Shown here one piece after another: positions 8,852 through 19,972 of a DNA stretch of 64,000 bases. The first letter of the stretch is position 1. Each line of letters opens with the position of its first letter. Both the position numbers and the translations under genes were made by a program. The notes beneath the pieces are model-generated. The model made no database searches. It saw nothing but the letters and a program-made list of their open reading frames with translations, and was not told the DNA's origin. Source of the DNA: Nostoc sp. (GTDB lineage Bacteria > Cyanobacteriota > Cyanobacteriia > Cyanobacteriales > Nostocaceae); NCBI RefSeq assembly GCF_041747015.1, contig NZ_JBGTFY010000387.1, positions 3,167-67,166 of the forward strand, written 5' to 3'.

Positions 8852-9268
8852 TATGCCCAATAATAAATGACATTCGGCGAACCATTGTACTTGTAAATCC
8901 AGACCAAGTTCTAGTTTTGGGTGGCGGGAGCTTTCCAGAGTTTTTAGTATCTCTGTCATTTAGTACAGCGATTAATAACGCACCTCAAGCCTTCAAACAA
9001 GGAGTTATTGGAGGAAATATTCACAAATCTGATTAAATAAATCCCCCGCAAATCTAAATAATATAGAGCCATCGGCTGATTATGGGCTGCTGCCTCCAGT
9101 GATACATTGAGTCAGAATCTCAATGAATGCATTCTTAGTCAGAGACTGGGAACGAGGAAAGCCTCATCAAGCTATGTTTTTAGGATTTGTGTGTACACCG
9201 TAGCTTTTTAAAGTGGTTGGGGGATCGAACTCTTATCCAAACCGTATTGGCTCCATTCTTCCTTTTAC

Positions 9269-10291
<1,023 letters not shown>

Positions 10292-10499
10292 TCATTAATT
10301 GGCAGGCTTTCGATTGTACCCCAAATTGAGTAACTAAAAATCAATATCCGAAATTGGGCATTGCTTATCCCCTTTGTCCCCAATGCTCAGTTCCATCGTA
10401 GTTGCAGATGTAAACAGCAATACAGAATAAATGATGATAAGTTTGATACAATTTTGTAAAGAATAGTTACAGCAATCCTTACCCAGGAAAATATTTCTT

Positions 10500-11861
10500 A
10501 TGGTAAATTCACTTGACAATAACCCACCCCATCAAGTGGTGATTGTTGGCGGTGGTTTTGGTGGACTTTATGCGGCAAAAACACTTGCTAAAGCGGCGGT
10601 AAACGTTACTCTGATTGATAAACGCAACTTTCATCTATTTCAACCTCTCTTATACCAAGTTGCCACAGGTACTCTATCTCCCGCTGATATTTCCTCACCC
10701 TTGCGTTCCATACTGAGTAAGAGCAAGAATACAAAAGTGCTGTTAGGAGAAGTGAATAATATTGATCCAGAAGCCCAAAAAGTGCTTGTGGGTGACGAAG
10801 CAATAGCCTACGATACGTTAATTGTGGCCACAGGTGCCAAGCATTCCTATTTTGGTAAAGACAACTGGGAAGAATTCGCCCCAGGCTTGAAAACCGTAGA
10901 AGATGCCATAGAAATGCGTCGCCGGATCTTTACAGCGTTTGAAGCCGCAGAAAAAGAAACTGATCCAGAAAAACGCCGTGCTTGGTTAACTTTTGTAATT
11001 ATCGGTGGTGGGCCTACTGGTGTAGAATTAGCGGGCGCGATCGCTGAATTAGCAAACCAAACTCTCAAAGAAGATTTCCGCAACATCGACACATCAGAAG
11101 CCCAGATTTTGTTATTAGAAGGTCTAGATCGGATTCTGCCACCTTTTGCACCAGAGTTATCAGAAGAAGCAGAAGCATCTCTGACGCGATTGGGGGTGAT
11201 TGTCCAGACAAAAACACTGGTAACGAATATTGAGAATGATATTGTTACGCTCAAACAAGGCGATGAAGTCAAAGAAATTGCCTCAAAAACGGTATTATGG
11301 GCAGCAGGTGTGAAAGCTTCAGCAATGGGAAAAGTACTAGCAGAACGCACAGATGCCGAATGCGATCGCGCCGGACGCATTATTGTTGAATCTGACTTGA
11401 GTATTAAGGGACATCCCAATATTTTTGTAATTGGTGACTTAGCAAATTTTTCTCATCAAAATAGTAAACCACTACCTGGTGTTGCACCTGTAGCAACGCA
11501 ACAAGGAGAATATGTAGCAAAACTAGTCCAAAAGCGCCTTGCAGGTGACAGTTTGCCACCCTTTTCTTATGTTGATCGGGGTAGTTTAGCGATGATTGGA
11601 CACAACTCTGCCGTGGTAGATTTGGGCTTTATCAAGCTTAAAGGTTTCTTTGCATGGCTATTTTGGCTGTTGATTCACGTTTACTTTTTAATTGAATTTG
11701 ATAACAAATTAATAGTGATAATTCAATGGGCATGGAACTATTTCAGCCGTAATCGTGGAGCAAGATTGATTACAGGTAAAGAATCACTCACACCGTTCGG
11801 AATTGGCGATAGTAAAGGTTATTACACATCAGCCAGTAATAAACAGCCGATAAATGTCTAG
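10500..11861 (+). CDS. Type II NADH dehydrogenase (NDH-2, FAD/NAD(P)-binding oxidoreductase)
   Basis: Two dinucleotide-binding motifs (VVIVGGGFGGLY and FVIIGGGPTGVELAG) and typical NDH-2 length and C-terminal membrane-anchoring region. Confidence 0.8.
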   Translation: MVNSLDNNPPHQVVIVGGGFGGLYAAKTLAKAAVNVTLIDKRNFHLFQPLLYQVATGTLSPADISSPLRSILSKSKNTKVLLGEVNNIDPEAQKVLVGDEAIAYDTLIVATGAKHSYFGKDNWEEFAPGLKTVEDAIEMRRRIFTAFEAAEKETDPEKRRAWLTFVIIGGGPTGVELAGAIAELANQTLKEDFRNIDTSEAQILLLEGLDRILPPFAPELSEEAEASLTRLGVIVQTKTLVTNIENDIVTLKQGDEVKEIASKTVLWAAGVKASAMGKVLAERTDAECDRAGRIIVESDLSIKGHPNIFVIGDLANFSHQNSKPLPGVAPVATQQGEYVAKLVQKRLAGDSLPPFSYVDRGSLAMIGHNSAVVDLGFIKLKGFFAWLFWLLIHVYFLIEFDNKLIVIIQWAWNYFSRNRGARLITGKESLTPFGIGDSKGYYTSASNKQPINV

Positions 11862-11876
11862 TTGATTATAGAAAAT

Positions 11877-11917
11877 GGGGCATTGGGCATTGGGCATGGG
11901 TCAATAATCAATAGGTC
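11877..11917. repeat. Short heptamer (GGCATTG-type) STRR array
   Basis: Direct reading: ggggcattgggcattgggcatgggtcaataatcaatagg. Confidence 0.6.
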
Positions 11918-12031
11918 TTCCCCACACGCCCCACTCCCCTAGCAGCTAACATCAGCGATCGCAACGCAACAAAGTTATCGCCCTTATAAATTAGCAGTAA
12001 GCTATTTGAGGGCGTTTTTCATAATTTTACT

Positions 12032-13267
12032 ATGGCAACTATTAACGACAACTACCTGAAGCTGAAAGCGGGTTATCTATTTCCAGAAATTGCTCGCCGG
12101 GTGAATGTCTTTGCACAAGCGAATCCTGATGCTAAAATTATCCGACTGGGCATTGGGGATGTTACCGAACCTCTGCCAGAAGCTTGCCGCACAGCGATGA
12201 TTAAAGCGGTGGAGGAAATGGGCGATCGCAATACCTTCAAAGGTTACGGCCCAGAGCAAGGTTACGCTTGGTTACGAGAGAAAATTGCTACTCACGATTT
12301 CCAAGCACGGGGAGCTGCGATCGATGCCTCAGAAATCTTTATCTCCGATGGTTCTAAGTGCGACAGTGGCAACATTCTGGAAATTTTTGGTAATGACAAC
12401 ATAATTGCCGTTACTGACCCCGTTTATCCCGTATATGTAGACACGAATGTCATGGTGGGAAATACGGGAGATGCCAACGAGAAAGGCGAATTTGAGGGTT
12501 TAGTCTATTTGCCAATTACGGCTGAAAACAATTTCACCGCAGAGATCCCCGCACAGAAAGTCGATTTAATCTATCTCTGCTTCCCCAATAACCCCACTGG
12601 CGCAACTGCTACAAAGGAATATCTCAAAGCATGGGTGGACTATGCCAAAGCGAATAACTCGATTATTTTCTTTGATGCAGCCTACGAAGCTTACATTACC
12701 GATCCGTCGATTCCTCACTCCATTTATGAAATTGAAGGTGCAAGGGAAGTTGCCATCGAGTTCCGTTCTTTCTCCAAGAATGCAGGTTTTACGGGAACCC
12801 GGTGCGCGTTAACTGTGGTGCCGAAAACACTCAAAGGTAAAGCCGCCGATGGTTCCGATGTGGAACTATGGAAACTGTGGAATCGCCGTCAATCTACCAA
12901 ATTCAATGGCGTGTCCTACATCGTCCAACGGGGCGCCGAAGCGGTTTATTCTGAAGAAGGACAGACACAAATCAAAGGATTGGTCAGTTTCTATCTAGAA
13001 AACGCCAAAATTATCCGCGAGAAACTCACAGCCGCCGGATTAGCGGTGTATGGTGGCGTGAATGCACCTTATGTCTGGGTGAAAACGCCCAATGGTTTAT
13101 CCAGTTGGGAATTTTTTGATAAGTTATTGCAAACTGTTAACGTTGTCGGGACACCCGGTTCTGGCTTTGGTGCTGCGGGTGAAGGTTATTTCCGCATATC
13201 GGCGTTTAACAGCCGGGAGAATGTTGAAGAGGCAATGAAGCGGATTGCTGAGAAGTTTCAGGTGTAA
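12032..13267 (+). CDS. dapL: LL-diaminopimelate aminotransferase
   Basis: The N-terminus [24 protein letters not shown] and the class I aminotransferase body ([14 protein letters not shown] with the PLP lysine) are typical of cyanobacterial and plant DapL. Confidence 0.9.
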   Translation: MATINDNYLKLKAGYLFPEIARRVNVFAQANPDAKIIRLGIGDVTEPLPEACRTAMIKAVEEMGDRNTFKGYGPEQGYAWLREKIATHDFQARGAAIDASEIFISDGSKCDSGNILEIFGNDNIIAVTDPVYPVYVDTNVMVGNTGDANEKGEFEGLVYLPITAENNFTAEIPAQKVDLIYLCFPNNPTGATATKEYLKAWVDYAKANNSIIFFDAAYEAYITDPSIPHSIYEIEGAREVAIEFRSFSKNAGFTGTRCALTVVPKTLKGKAADGSDVELWKLWNRRQSTKFNGVSYIVQRGAEAVYSEEGQTQIKGLVSFYLENAKIIREKLTAAGLAVYGGVNAPYVWVKTPNGLSSWEFFDKLLQTVNVVGTPGSGFGAAGEGYFRISAFNSRENVEEAMKRIAEKFQV

Positions 13268-13398
13268 AGCATTTTTTGCATTAAGTCTGGCTATCTTAGT
13301 TAAACTCAATCTGTAAGTCTTAAAGGTTAGGGTGGACACTGCCCACCCTACTTGAGGATTCAAGATGGTGAATATCAATTTGGCAATAGGAGCTTTTT

Positions 13399-14874
13399 AT
13401 GAAATTACTACGAGTCCAAGTTCCAGATTTTCGCATCTTAAAGAACGTTGATATAACTTTTGAACCAGAATTTATCCCCAGTATTTTCCCCCTTGGTAGT
13501 CAAAATGGTGGTGGTAAAAGTACACTTTTGCAATTAATTTTTGTTTTATTGCATTGTTCTAGTGATTCTGACAAAAAAGAGTTTGTGAAAAATATACTTT
13601 ATGGATTTACGATTAATAACAATTCTAACAAGAGAGTATTAGCCATAATTGATATCTGGAATGAGGATAAAATTGTACAGCTTGAATTTTTATCTTATAA
13701 TGACTCTTTTCTTAGGGAGTTATTAATATCAAATGATAAGACTGAGGTTGACAATGATAATTATCTACAATTCTCTGCTTCAAATCAATTAGAGAAGATT
13801 ATCAATAAAATTTCAATTACTGAAAAAGAAATATATGATTTAGAGAGAGCTATTATTAAATTAGATAGTGTGAGACAAATTGAGACTTTTGAGAGCGTTG
13901 AGGAAAGAATTTATGTACTGAGAGAGTTAATCCAAAGACTTCAAAAATTTGAATTTAGAACTTTAAGATTAGCAATAGCAAATATATCTATAGAAAGACT
14001 TCAAGATGAAGTTCAAACAAGACTAGATATATTTAAATTAACTCTTCAAAAATATTATGAAGAACGTGAGCAGATTGAACGTATCTTACAAAGAGTTTTA
14101 AAATACTTACAATCAGAAAAGCTACTATATATCTGTAATTATTCAGCTAATGGTAATAAAGATGAAGAGGAAGTTTTACTTTGCCGTATAAATAACATAG
14201 ATATGAACGAAGTAGAAATATTTATGAAAGAGTTATCACAAAAAATATTTATTGCGGCTCCTTCTACCCAAGTTTTTCTTTTTAATTCTAAAGAATCTAG
14301 AAAACTATTATTTAAACAACAGGATAACGAAACTGACTACTATTCACAGCTTAAATCAGCCAAATCTAAACTACCAGGTTTTTTTACTTATGATTTTCTG
14401 GCTGTAGATATCCTTATTGAAGCCTTTAAGTCTGCTCGAGACAAAGACTTTACAGAAGCTATAACAAAAGGTGAGTATGGTAATAGTTACAAAGCACTAA
14501 TAAATGATTTAAATATAATATTGTTTAATAAAAAAATAAATATAGATACAGATTTGTCAGGTGTAAGTTTTAAATTAGATAAAGATGGTTTAGAACTATA
14601 TCCTGAAGACCTCAGTCATGGTGAGTTGAAAAGATTGAGCATTTATATATGGATAAAGTACCATAATATAGAAAATGCAATTGTACTCATGGACGAAATT
14701 GAAATAGCATTTCATCCAGATTGGCAATATCAAATAATTGCAGACCTCAATCAATGGTCGCCAAGTAATCAATATATTCTGGCAACTCACTCATACGAGT
14801 TATGTCAAGCTCTTACACCTGCCCACGTTAAGGAACTAGAACCAAAACTTTTAAAGCAAGAAGTTAAAAATTAA
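13399..14874 (+). CDS. ABC/SMC-like ATPase with a coiled-coil insertion (AriA-like)
   Basis: Walker A GSQNGGGKST, signature-like LSHGELKRLS, Walker B AIVLMDEIEIAFHP, H-loop LATHS. A helical insert of roughly 250 aa lies between the lobes. AGGAG sits upstream of the ATG. Very AT-rich. Confidence 0.75.
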   Translation: MKLLRVQVPDFRILKNVDITFEPEFIPSIFPLGSQNGGGKSTLLQLIFVLLHCSSDSDKKEFVKNILYGFTINNNSNKRVLAIIDIWNEDKIVQLEFLSYNDSFLRELLISNDKTEVDNDNYLQFSASNQLEKIINKISITEKEIYDLERAIIKLDSVRQIETFESVEERIYVLRELIQRLQKFEFRTLRLAIANISIERLQDEVQTRLDIFKLTLQKYYEEREQIERILQRVLKYLQSEKLLYICNYSANGNKDEEEVLLCRINNIDMNEVEIFMKELSQKIFIAAPSTQVFLFNSKESRKLLFKQQDNETDYYSQLKSAKSKLPGFFTYDFLAVDILIEAFKSARDKDFTEAITKGEYGNSYKALINDLNIILFNKKINIDTDLSGVSFKLDKDGLELYPEDLSHGELKRLSIYIWIKYHNIENAIVLMDEIEIAFHPDWQYQIIADLNQWSPSNQYILATHSYELCQALTPAHVKELEPKLLKQEVKN

Positions 14875-14876
14875 AT

Positions 14877-15827
14877 ATGAGTCTTAACCCAGAAGAACTA
14901 ATACAACATTGTGAAATAATCATTAGCTCTCGTAGAATTAAAAATAAGATCGTTGTACTGTGCGAAGGCGAAGGTGGTATCTGGGACACTGAAGGCAGAC
15001 CGTCACCTCAGTCATATAGCAAGATGGAACAGATGCCAGATGCTAACTTTTACAAGGCGTGTGTTCCAAAATTATGGAGTCAATATCGACCAGAGTTTTT
15101 TAACTGCGGAGATCGTAAAGATGTATTAGATACATATTTTACTCTTTCAAAGTTGCATGATGAAAATAAGGATAACTCTTATTTAAGTTTAGAAAAACTT
15201 TTTGCAATTGTAGATGTTGATTTACAAACACAAAATATAGCAAAAGAATATAGTTATAGTTTTTCAGATACAGAAGCAATTTTCTGTGATCTTTATACAA
15301 AACTCAATATAAATGAAGAAAATGCAAAACAGCATCGTATATGGGTTACGGGTTTAATACATAAAGAAGCATATTTTATCATACCTGAACTACAACCAAT
15401 ATTTGATAGTTTTTCTACAGTTTATAATAGTAGTTCTCTAGTACTTAGAAATATTTATCTGACTATGGCAGATACTATAATTACTGATTATGATTTAAAA
15501 AGTAATTTATCAAAAGTATCTAATCGCATTAGTCATTTCTCTGGATTAGATTGTACTGCAATAGATAAATTGAGAGATTCATGGAGAGAACAGTTTCAAA
15601 ATGCTCAAAATGATACGCAAAAGAATGAGTTAATTTTAGCTTTATTGACACTCAAAAAAGCTAAGTATTATTGGAACCAAATTCAACCACCAAGTGACTG
15701 GACTTCTTCAGTTCAGACATTTAAAGATCAACTCTTGTTAGAAATAGGAAGATTTTATTCAGAACAAAGTAATCATACTAAATATCATATTCCTTGCTTT
15801 TTTAAAATCTTAAGAGAATTTGCTTAA
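14877..15827 (+). CDS. DUF4435/TOPRIM-like protein (AriB-like candidate effector)
   Basis: Starts 2 nt after the ATPase stop. Motifs IVVLCEGEGG, FFNCGDRKDVL, LFAIVDVDLQ and HKEAYF match my memory of the DUF4435 pattern (EG..D, cGgk, DxD, H.E.Y). Confidence 0.6.
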   Translation: MSLNPEELIQHCEIIISSRRIKNKIVVLCEGEGGIWDTEGRPSPQSYSKMEQMPDANFYKACVPKLWSQYRPEFFNCGDRKDVLDTYFTLSKLHDENKDNSYLSLEKLFAIVDVDLQTQNIAKEYSYSFSDTEAIFCDLYTKLNINEENAKQHRIWVTGLIHKEAYFIIPELQPIFDSFSTVYNSSSLVLRNIYLTMADTIITDYDLKSNLSKVSNRISHFSGLDCTAIDKLRDSWREQFQNAQNDTQKNELILALLTLKKAKYYWNQIQPPSDWTSSVQTFKDQLLLEIGRFYSEQSNHTKYHIPCFFKILREFA

Positions 15828-15883
15828 TAGCTATTGTTGTAGTCTACTGTGGGTCATTCTTAACTCTAATCACAATAAAATAC

Positions 15884-16287
15884 TTATCCTTCTGCTTCCC
15901 AACCCTCAAGCTGTAACTCTTGTACACGGCTAAACTCATCTACATTATGAGTTACTAAAATCAGATTATTTGCCAAAGCGATCGCTGCAATTTGCAATAA
16001 GTGCCAATAGTAGTTCCCAAATTAGCCAGGTGAGAGCAGATATCGCCAAATATTTCTGCTGCAATATCATCAAATGGTAATGAAGTAAATCTACTCAAAA
16101 ATACTTTTTGTAAAGCTAGACTGCGAACTGGATTATTACTTCTCTTTGCACCATAAAATAATTCAGCTTTAACAATAGAACAAATAACAATATCTAAATC
16201 CGAGTTGTTTTCTAATCTGCGCCGTAAATTTATATTTCTACCATTAATATAAATAATACAGGCATTAGTATCTAACAAATAAATCAT
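15884..16287 (-). pseudogene. vapC: PIN-domain toxin VapC, frameshifted
   Basis: The N-terminus MIYLLDTNACIIY is PIN-like. The frame is lost near 15990-16010. A second frame continues with LLQIAAIALANNLILVTHNVDEFSRV...EG* to a TAA at 15884-15886. Confidence 0.7.
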
Positions 16288-16544
16288 TCTATTGATTCTC
16301 GTTGTTCATATTCTCCTTGAGAATGTCTTATGATTGGGTCATCTGCTAAACAGCCATAAGTTTTATCAATAAACTCATACCATTGTAATTGCCTTAGTTC
16401 TTCCTCTTCTAAAGAAGCAGGTTGTTTTTTTATGGGTTTTAATGTCATAGTTACTTCTAATTCAGTTTCTTTCATTTCTACAGGAATATCTAGATGTAAT
16501 ATTCCGTCTTCACCTACATAAGAACGTATTTTAATAATTCGCAT
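16284..16544 (-). CDS. VapB-type antitoxin candidate
   Basis: Small ORF whose stop overlaps the vapC start (ATGA). The likely start is MRIIKIRSYV at 16544. The tracked ORF extends further upstream. Confidence 0.55.
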   Translation of the reverse strand: MRIIKIRSYVGEDGILHLDIPVEMKETELEVTMTLKPIKKQPASLEEEELRQLQWYEFIDKTYGCLADDPIIRHSQGEYEQRESIE

Positions 16545-16709
16545 ACTCTCGCTCTCTGGCATTTGATTAAATATAGAAAATAACCAAGTCTGTTGTGCGA
16601 TCGCTTTCACGTAGTGGTTGTAAACTTAGCTTTTTGGGTAAGTTTGGCAAAATGATTTTCTGACTTTGAATATTTTTATACTACCTTCTTATATATCTCC
16701 CTGATTTAT

Positions 16710-17108
16710 CTACCTCCACAATCTGGCCAGAATTACCCCTAACTGAACGCTGATAATTCCGATGATGGCGCTGCCAGCCCAGTAGATAGCTGTTGTTAAC
16801 AAAGTGCTATTACTTAATAAGGAAATAGTATCTAAACCGTAGGTAGAAAAAGTTGTATATGCTCCTAAAAAGCCTGTTGCTACTAATAACCGCATTTCTG
16901 GGGAAATAATTGCTACCTTCTCTACAGCTAGGGTAGCGAAAAATCCCATTGCTAAACAACCGCTAAGATTAATAAAAAAAGTACCATAAGGAAAACTGTT
17001 GCCGAAGCGTTGGGCAAACCATAATGTCAGATAGTAGCGACTTAAAGCACCTGCGATCGCACCTAAACTAATAGCGATCGGATTGCGAATTTCTTCTTGT
17101 TGTAGCAT
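16710..17108 (-). CDS. crcB: Fluoride ion channel CrcB/FluC
   Basis: Four-TM protein of ~130 aa with [15 protein letters not shown] and the YTTFSTY motif typical of CrcB. The ATG at 17108 is preferred over the TTG at 17114. Confidence 0.85.
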   Translation of the reverse strand: MLQQEEIRNPIAISLGAIAGALSRYYLTLWFAQRFGNSFPYGTFFINLSGCLAMGFFATLAVEKVAIISPEMRLLVATGFLGAYTTFSTYGLDTISLLSNSTLLTTAIYWAGSAIIGIISVQLGVILARLWR

Positions 17109-17373
17109 ATTCAATTTTTTGTCGAATCATCTCCTTGTGTGATTTAACTTGGTCAAGTGTTAACAAGTCAAGTGATGTCTAACAACAAATGGCTACCCGT
17201 CTACGCATTATAATATAAGAGTGCTGTTTTCATCCAAGAGTAAGCTTTGCAATTAAGGATGTTTATCTATGAATGCTAACAATATCGAATCCTTTGAACC
17301 CATAGTAATTGTAGAAATTAGTTCTTAAACTGACAAATTAGTAGAAACTGAAATTGCTGGCGAAACTGATGAG

Positions 17374-17673
17374 GTGAAGCGCGAAACAAAAGCGCTGATT
17401 GAGGCGCTAAAAAGACGCGCCCAAGCTGAGACTTATTCAGCAGGTACTCTTACGGGTGAAACATATTTGAAGGCTGTGCGACAAGCACGGGAATTAATTG
17501 AAGGGAGGAAACTCATAGAACGCGATCGCTTAGAAGACTCTTGGGCAATAATTCAGGACGAAGCTGAGAGAAACTGGCACTTAATGATGAAAGATTTAGT
17601 AGACTTCAGCTTTCGCCTGCAAAAGGCGGCTATTGCTGCTTTAGAAGCCTTCAATAACCCTTACTCTCGTTAA
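17374..17673 (+). CDS. Hypothetical helical protein
   Basis: 99-aa ORF with a GTG start and no recognised family. Confidence 0.35.
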   Translation: MKRETKALIEALKRRAQAETYSAGTLTGETYLKAVRQARELIEGRKLIERDRLEDSWAIIQDEAERNWHLMMKDLVDFSFRLQKAAIAALEAFNNPYSR

Positions 17674-17718
17674 ATAGGGTGATGCGATCGCAGTTACAAG
17701 GGCGGTTAGAAACCTGGT

Positions 17719-17840
17719 CTACACAGGCAAAACCCACCTCTATAGGTTAAAAAACTTAATTTTCTCTTAGTCCACGTTCGCGTAGCGTTCTGTTCGCGCA
17801 ACCTCCCGTAGGGAAGGAAAGGTGGGCTTTGTTTGTGTAG
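17719..17840. repeat. Nostoc-type dispersed hairpin repeat (MITE-like)
   Basis: ctacacaggcaaaacccacct (17719-17739) is an imperfect inverted repeat of aggtgggctttgtttgtgtag (17820-17840). Confidence 0.6.
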
Positions 17841-18066
17841 CCGCGAATTTTATAAAAGTCAGATATCCCGTTCGCACGTTCACCAGTGGTCGCAGTTGCG
17901 GAACTTTTTGTGATACCATCTCTCACTATTGGCAGCTTGTTTTGCAGATAAAACTATGACATACTCATATACATTAGTTGTTAACTAGCTTATTCCTATC
18001 AATTTAATGTAGTATGAATAAATATTTATTAATAAATTTTACAGAATAACAGTTATTTTGCTAAAT

Positions 18067-18871
18067 ATGAAACAAATCAAGTTTACAAATGGTGCGGGTA
18101 AACTAACTGCGCTTTTATTTTTAATCACAATTTTGTTGACACCTTTTATAGTGATAAATCCAGGAGAACGAGGTGTATTAATGCAGTTTGGCAGAGTACA
18201 AAAAACAGTACTTGGCGAGGGGATACATATGATAATTCCTATTGTTAATACAGTGAAAAAAAATTAGTGTGAGGGTTCAAAAACAAGAAATTGTTTCTGA
18301 AGCTTATTCTAAAGATTTGCAAGATATATTTACAGATGTGGCATTAAACTGGCATATTCTATCTGAACAAACAAATGTAGTTTTTCAAGATATTGGTGAT
18401 GAAAAAGACGTAGTTGAAAAACTAATTAATCCTGCCGTAGAAGAAGTTTTAAAAGCAGTTATAGCAAAATATACAGCCGAAGAAATAGTCACAAAACGAG
18501 GAGAAGTAAAATCGGGATTTGATAGTTTATTGACAACAAAATTGCATAATTATCATCTTGGAGTTGACGATATTTCACTAGTTAATGTTAACTTTTCACC
18601 TAAGTTTAGTGAAGCAGTAGAGGCAAAACAGATTGCACAACAAGATGCAAAACAAGCAGATTTTGTTGCATTGAAAGCGGAAAAAGAAGCAGAGACTAAG
18701 GTCAATTTAGCTAAAGGAGAAGCAGAAGTAAACAGATTACTACATGATAGTTTGACTAATGAAATTTTAGAAAGACAGGCAATAGAAAAATGGGATGGTA
18801 AATTACCTTTAATTATGACTAAGGATGCTCCTAGACTTTTAAACCTGACTGAGCTTTTAAAATTAAAGTAA
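18067..18871 (+). pseudogene. SPFH/Band-7 (prohibitin-like) protein, split by a frameshift in an A8 run
   Basis: ORFs 18058-18267 and 18269-18871 are the two halves of one SPFH protein. Removing one A from the run at 18256-18263 gives ...IVNTVKKISVRVQKQEIVSEAYSKDLQ, the conserved SPFH core. Confidence 0.75.
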
Positions 18872-19155
18872 TTTTACAGTAAGACGAGGGTAAAACTCAT
18901 TCCTGCAAGAGCTAGGATGAACCAGCGTCTACAGCTTTGCATAAAATCGTAACGTTTTGAAACGCAGAATAACGCAAAGTAACGCGAAGTTTTACTTAAT
19001 TGAATTAGCTACGAATTAATAAAATATTTTACTTAGTAAACGTCACCGACAATCAGTGCAGTGCGATACCTACGGCGGTAAACTACGCAATTTTGATTTA
19101 CGCACCCTTTTTGCGGTAATGTTTTTTCCCAAAGTGGATGCTCCTTAGTTTTTGG

Positions 19156-19584
19156 CTAACTAGCAGAGAAGAAATGAGGAGTATCGATAATTTTAAACTG
19201 GATTAACGCCAAAATTAAAAGAGTATACGCAGTTGAAGAAACTAAGCCTGTAAATAATTCTTTTTTTAAGTTGCGCTCTTTGGGTTGTTTTTGTAAAACA
19301 TCCATTGCACCCGCTTGCATCAAGAGAATACCAATAATATTAGATAACCAGTAACCGATTATGATACAGGGCACAAGTAATTTAGGAGCAAAAAGACTAC
19401 AGATATAACCAAATAAATAAGCAATTGGTAAATTGAATACCAAGTCATTCCACCAGCATAATGGTGATAACAAATATCCGATAACTAAGAAAAATCCACC
19501 TCTAATCTTTTGCAATGGTGTTTTAGGTAAATTCTCTGTAATTTGTGACAACAACTCTTGACCATTTTTTTGGATGTCAATCAT
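19156..19584 (-). CDS. Hypothetical membrane protein
   Basis: 142-aa ORF with about 4 hydrophobic segments. Family not recognised. Confidence 0.5.
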   Translation of the reverse strand: MIDIQKNGQELLSQITENLPKTPLQKIRGGFFLVIGYLLSPLCWWNDLVFNLPIAYLFGYICSLFAPKLLVPCIIIGYWLSNIIGILLMQAGAMDVLQKQPKERNLKKELFTGLVSSTAYTLLILALIQFKIIDTPHFFSAS

Positions 19585-19972
19585 GATAGTACAGTAATTT
19601 TATCGATTTATCGTATTTTAAACCTAAAAATCATAAAAGTCTAGGAAAATGAACTCCTAAATAGAGGCGTGTCCAGCCAATAGCACTGAAGTATAGATAT
19701 AAATTTTAGCAAGGCTTTCCTAAGGAAATAGCCTAACTTTTTTGTGTAAAGATATACAGAGTTTTTGTAACACCCCACACCGAACTGGACTTTTACTATT
19801 TTTAAGTTTAAAATACGGTAAGTTGATGGGATTTTAGTATTTACTAGGAGATTTTTAGCAGTTGGTGAAAAGTTGAAGTTCGTGAGACGGTCTGCACAAA
19901 GGCTTTACAACCAGTCTTTTAGTTTCAGCTAAAGAAAGCCGCATTTACAAAACCCCGGTTAAGGACAGGAGT

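Noticed and set aside
8839-9036. 65-aa plus-strand ORF next to the MITE-like element.
   Set aside because: It starts inside the inverted repeat and shows no motifs or RBS. It is likely spurious.
9200-9245. A tRNA-like T-loop string (gagttcgatcccc on the minus strand) downstream of ilvC. This could have been a tRNA or an att remnant.
   Set aside because: The flanking bases do not form a T-stem or an acceptor stem, and no cloverleaf can be drawn. I found no tRNA gene anywhere in the window.
10847-11419. 190-aa minus-strand ORF (and 10606-10803) inside the NDH-2 gene.
   Set aside because: It is antisense to a gene with clear dinucleotide-binding motifs. The translation is Ser/Ala/Arg-rich and low in complexity.
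13328-13350. Stem-loop tagggtgg-acactgc-ccacccta after dapL, considered as an intrinsic terminator.
   Set aside because: It is a good 8-bp stem but no U-tract follows. It may equally be a copy of a dispersed hairpin repeat, so I left it uncalled.
17115-17260. An expected fluoride riboswitch (crcB motif) upstream of crcB.
   Set aside because: Reading the minus strand, I could not find the conserved GGxGAUGG...AACCGCC...UGAUGAUxCCUAC-like core. Only an aggagatgattc stretch is present, which is better explained as the RBS. Not called. A covariance-model scan (the Rfam crcB model) would settle it.
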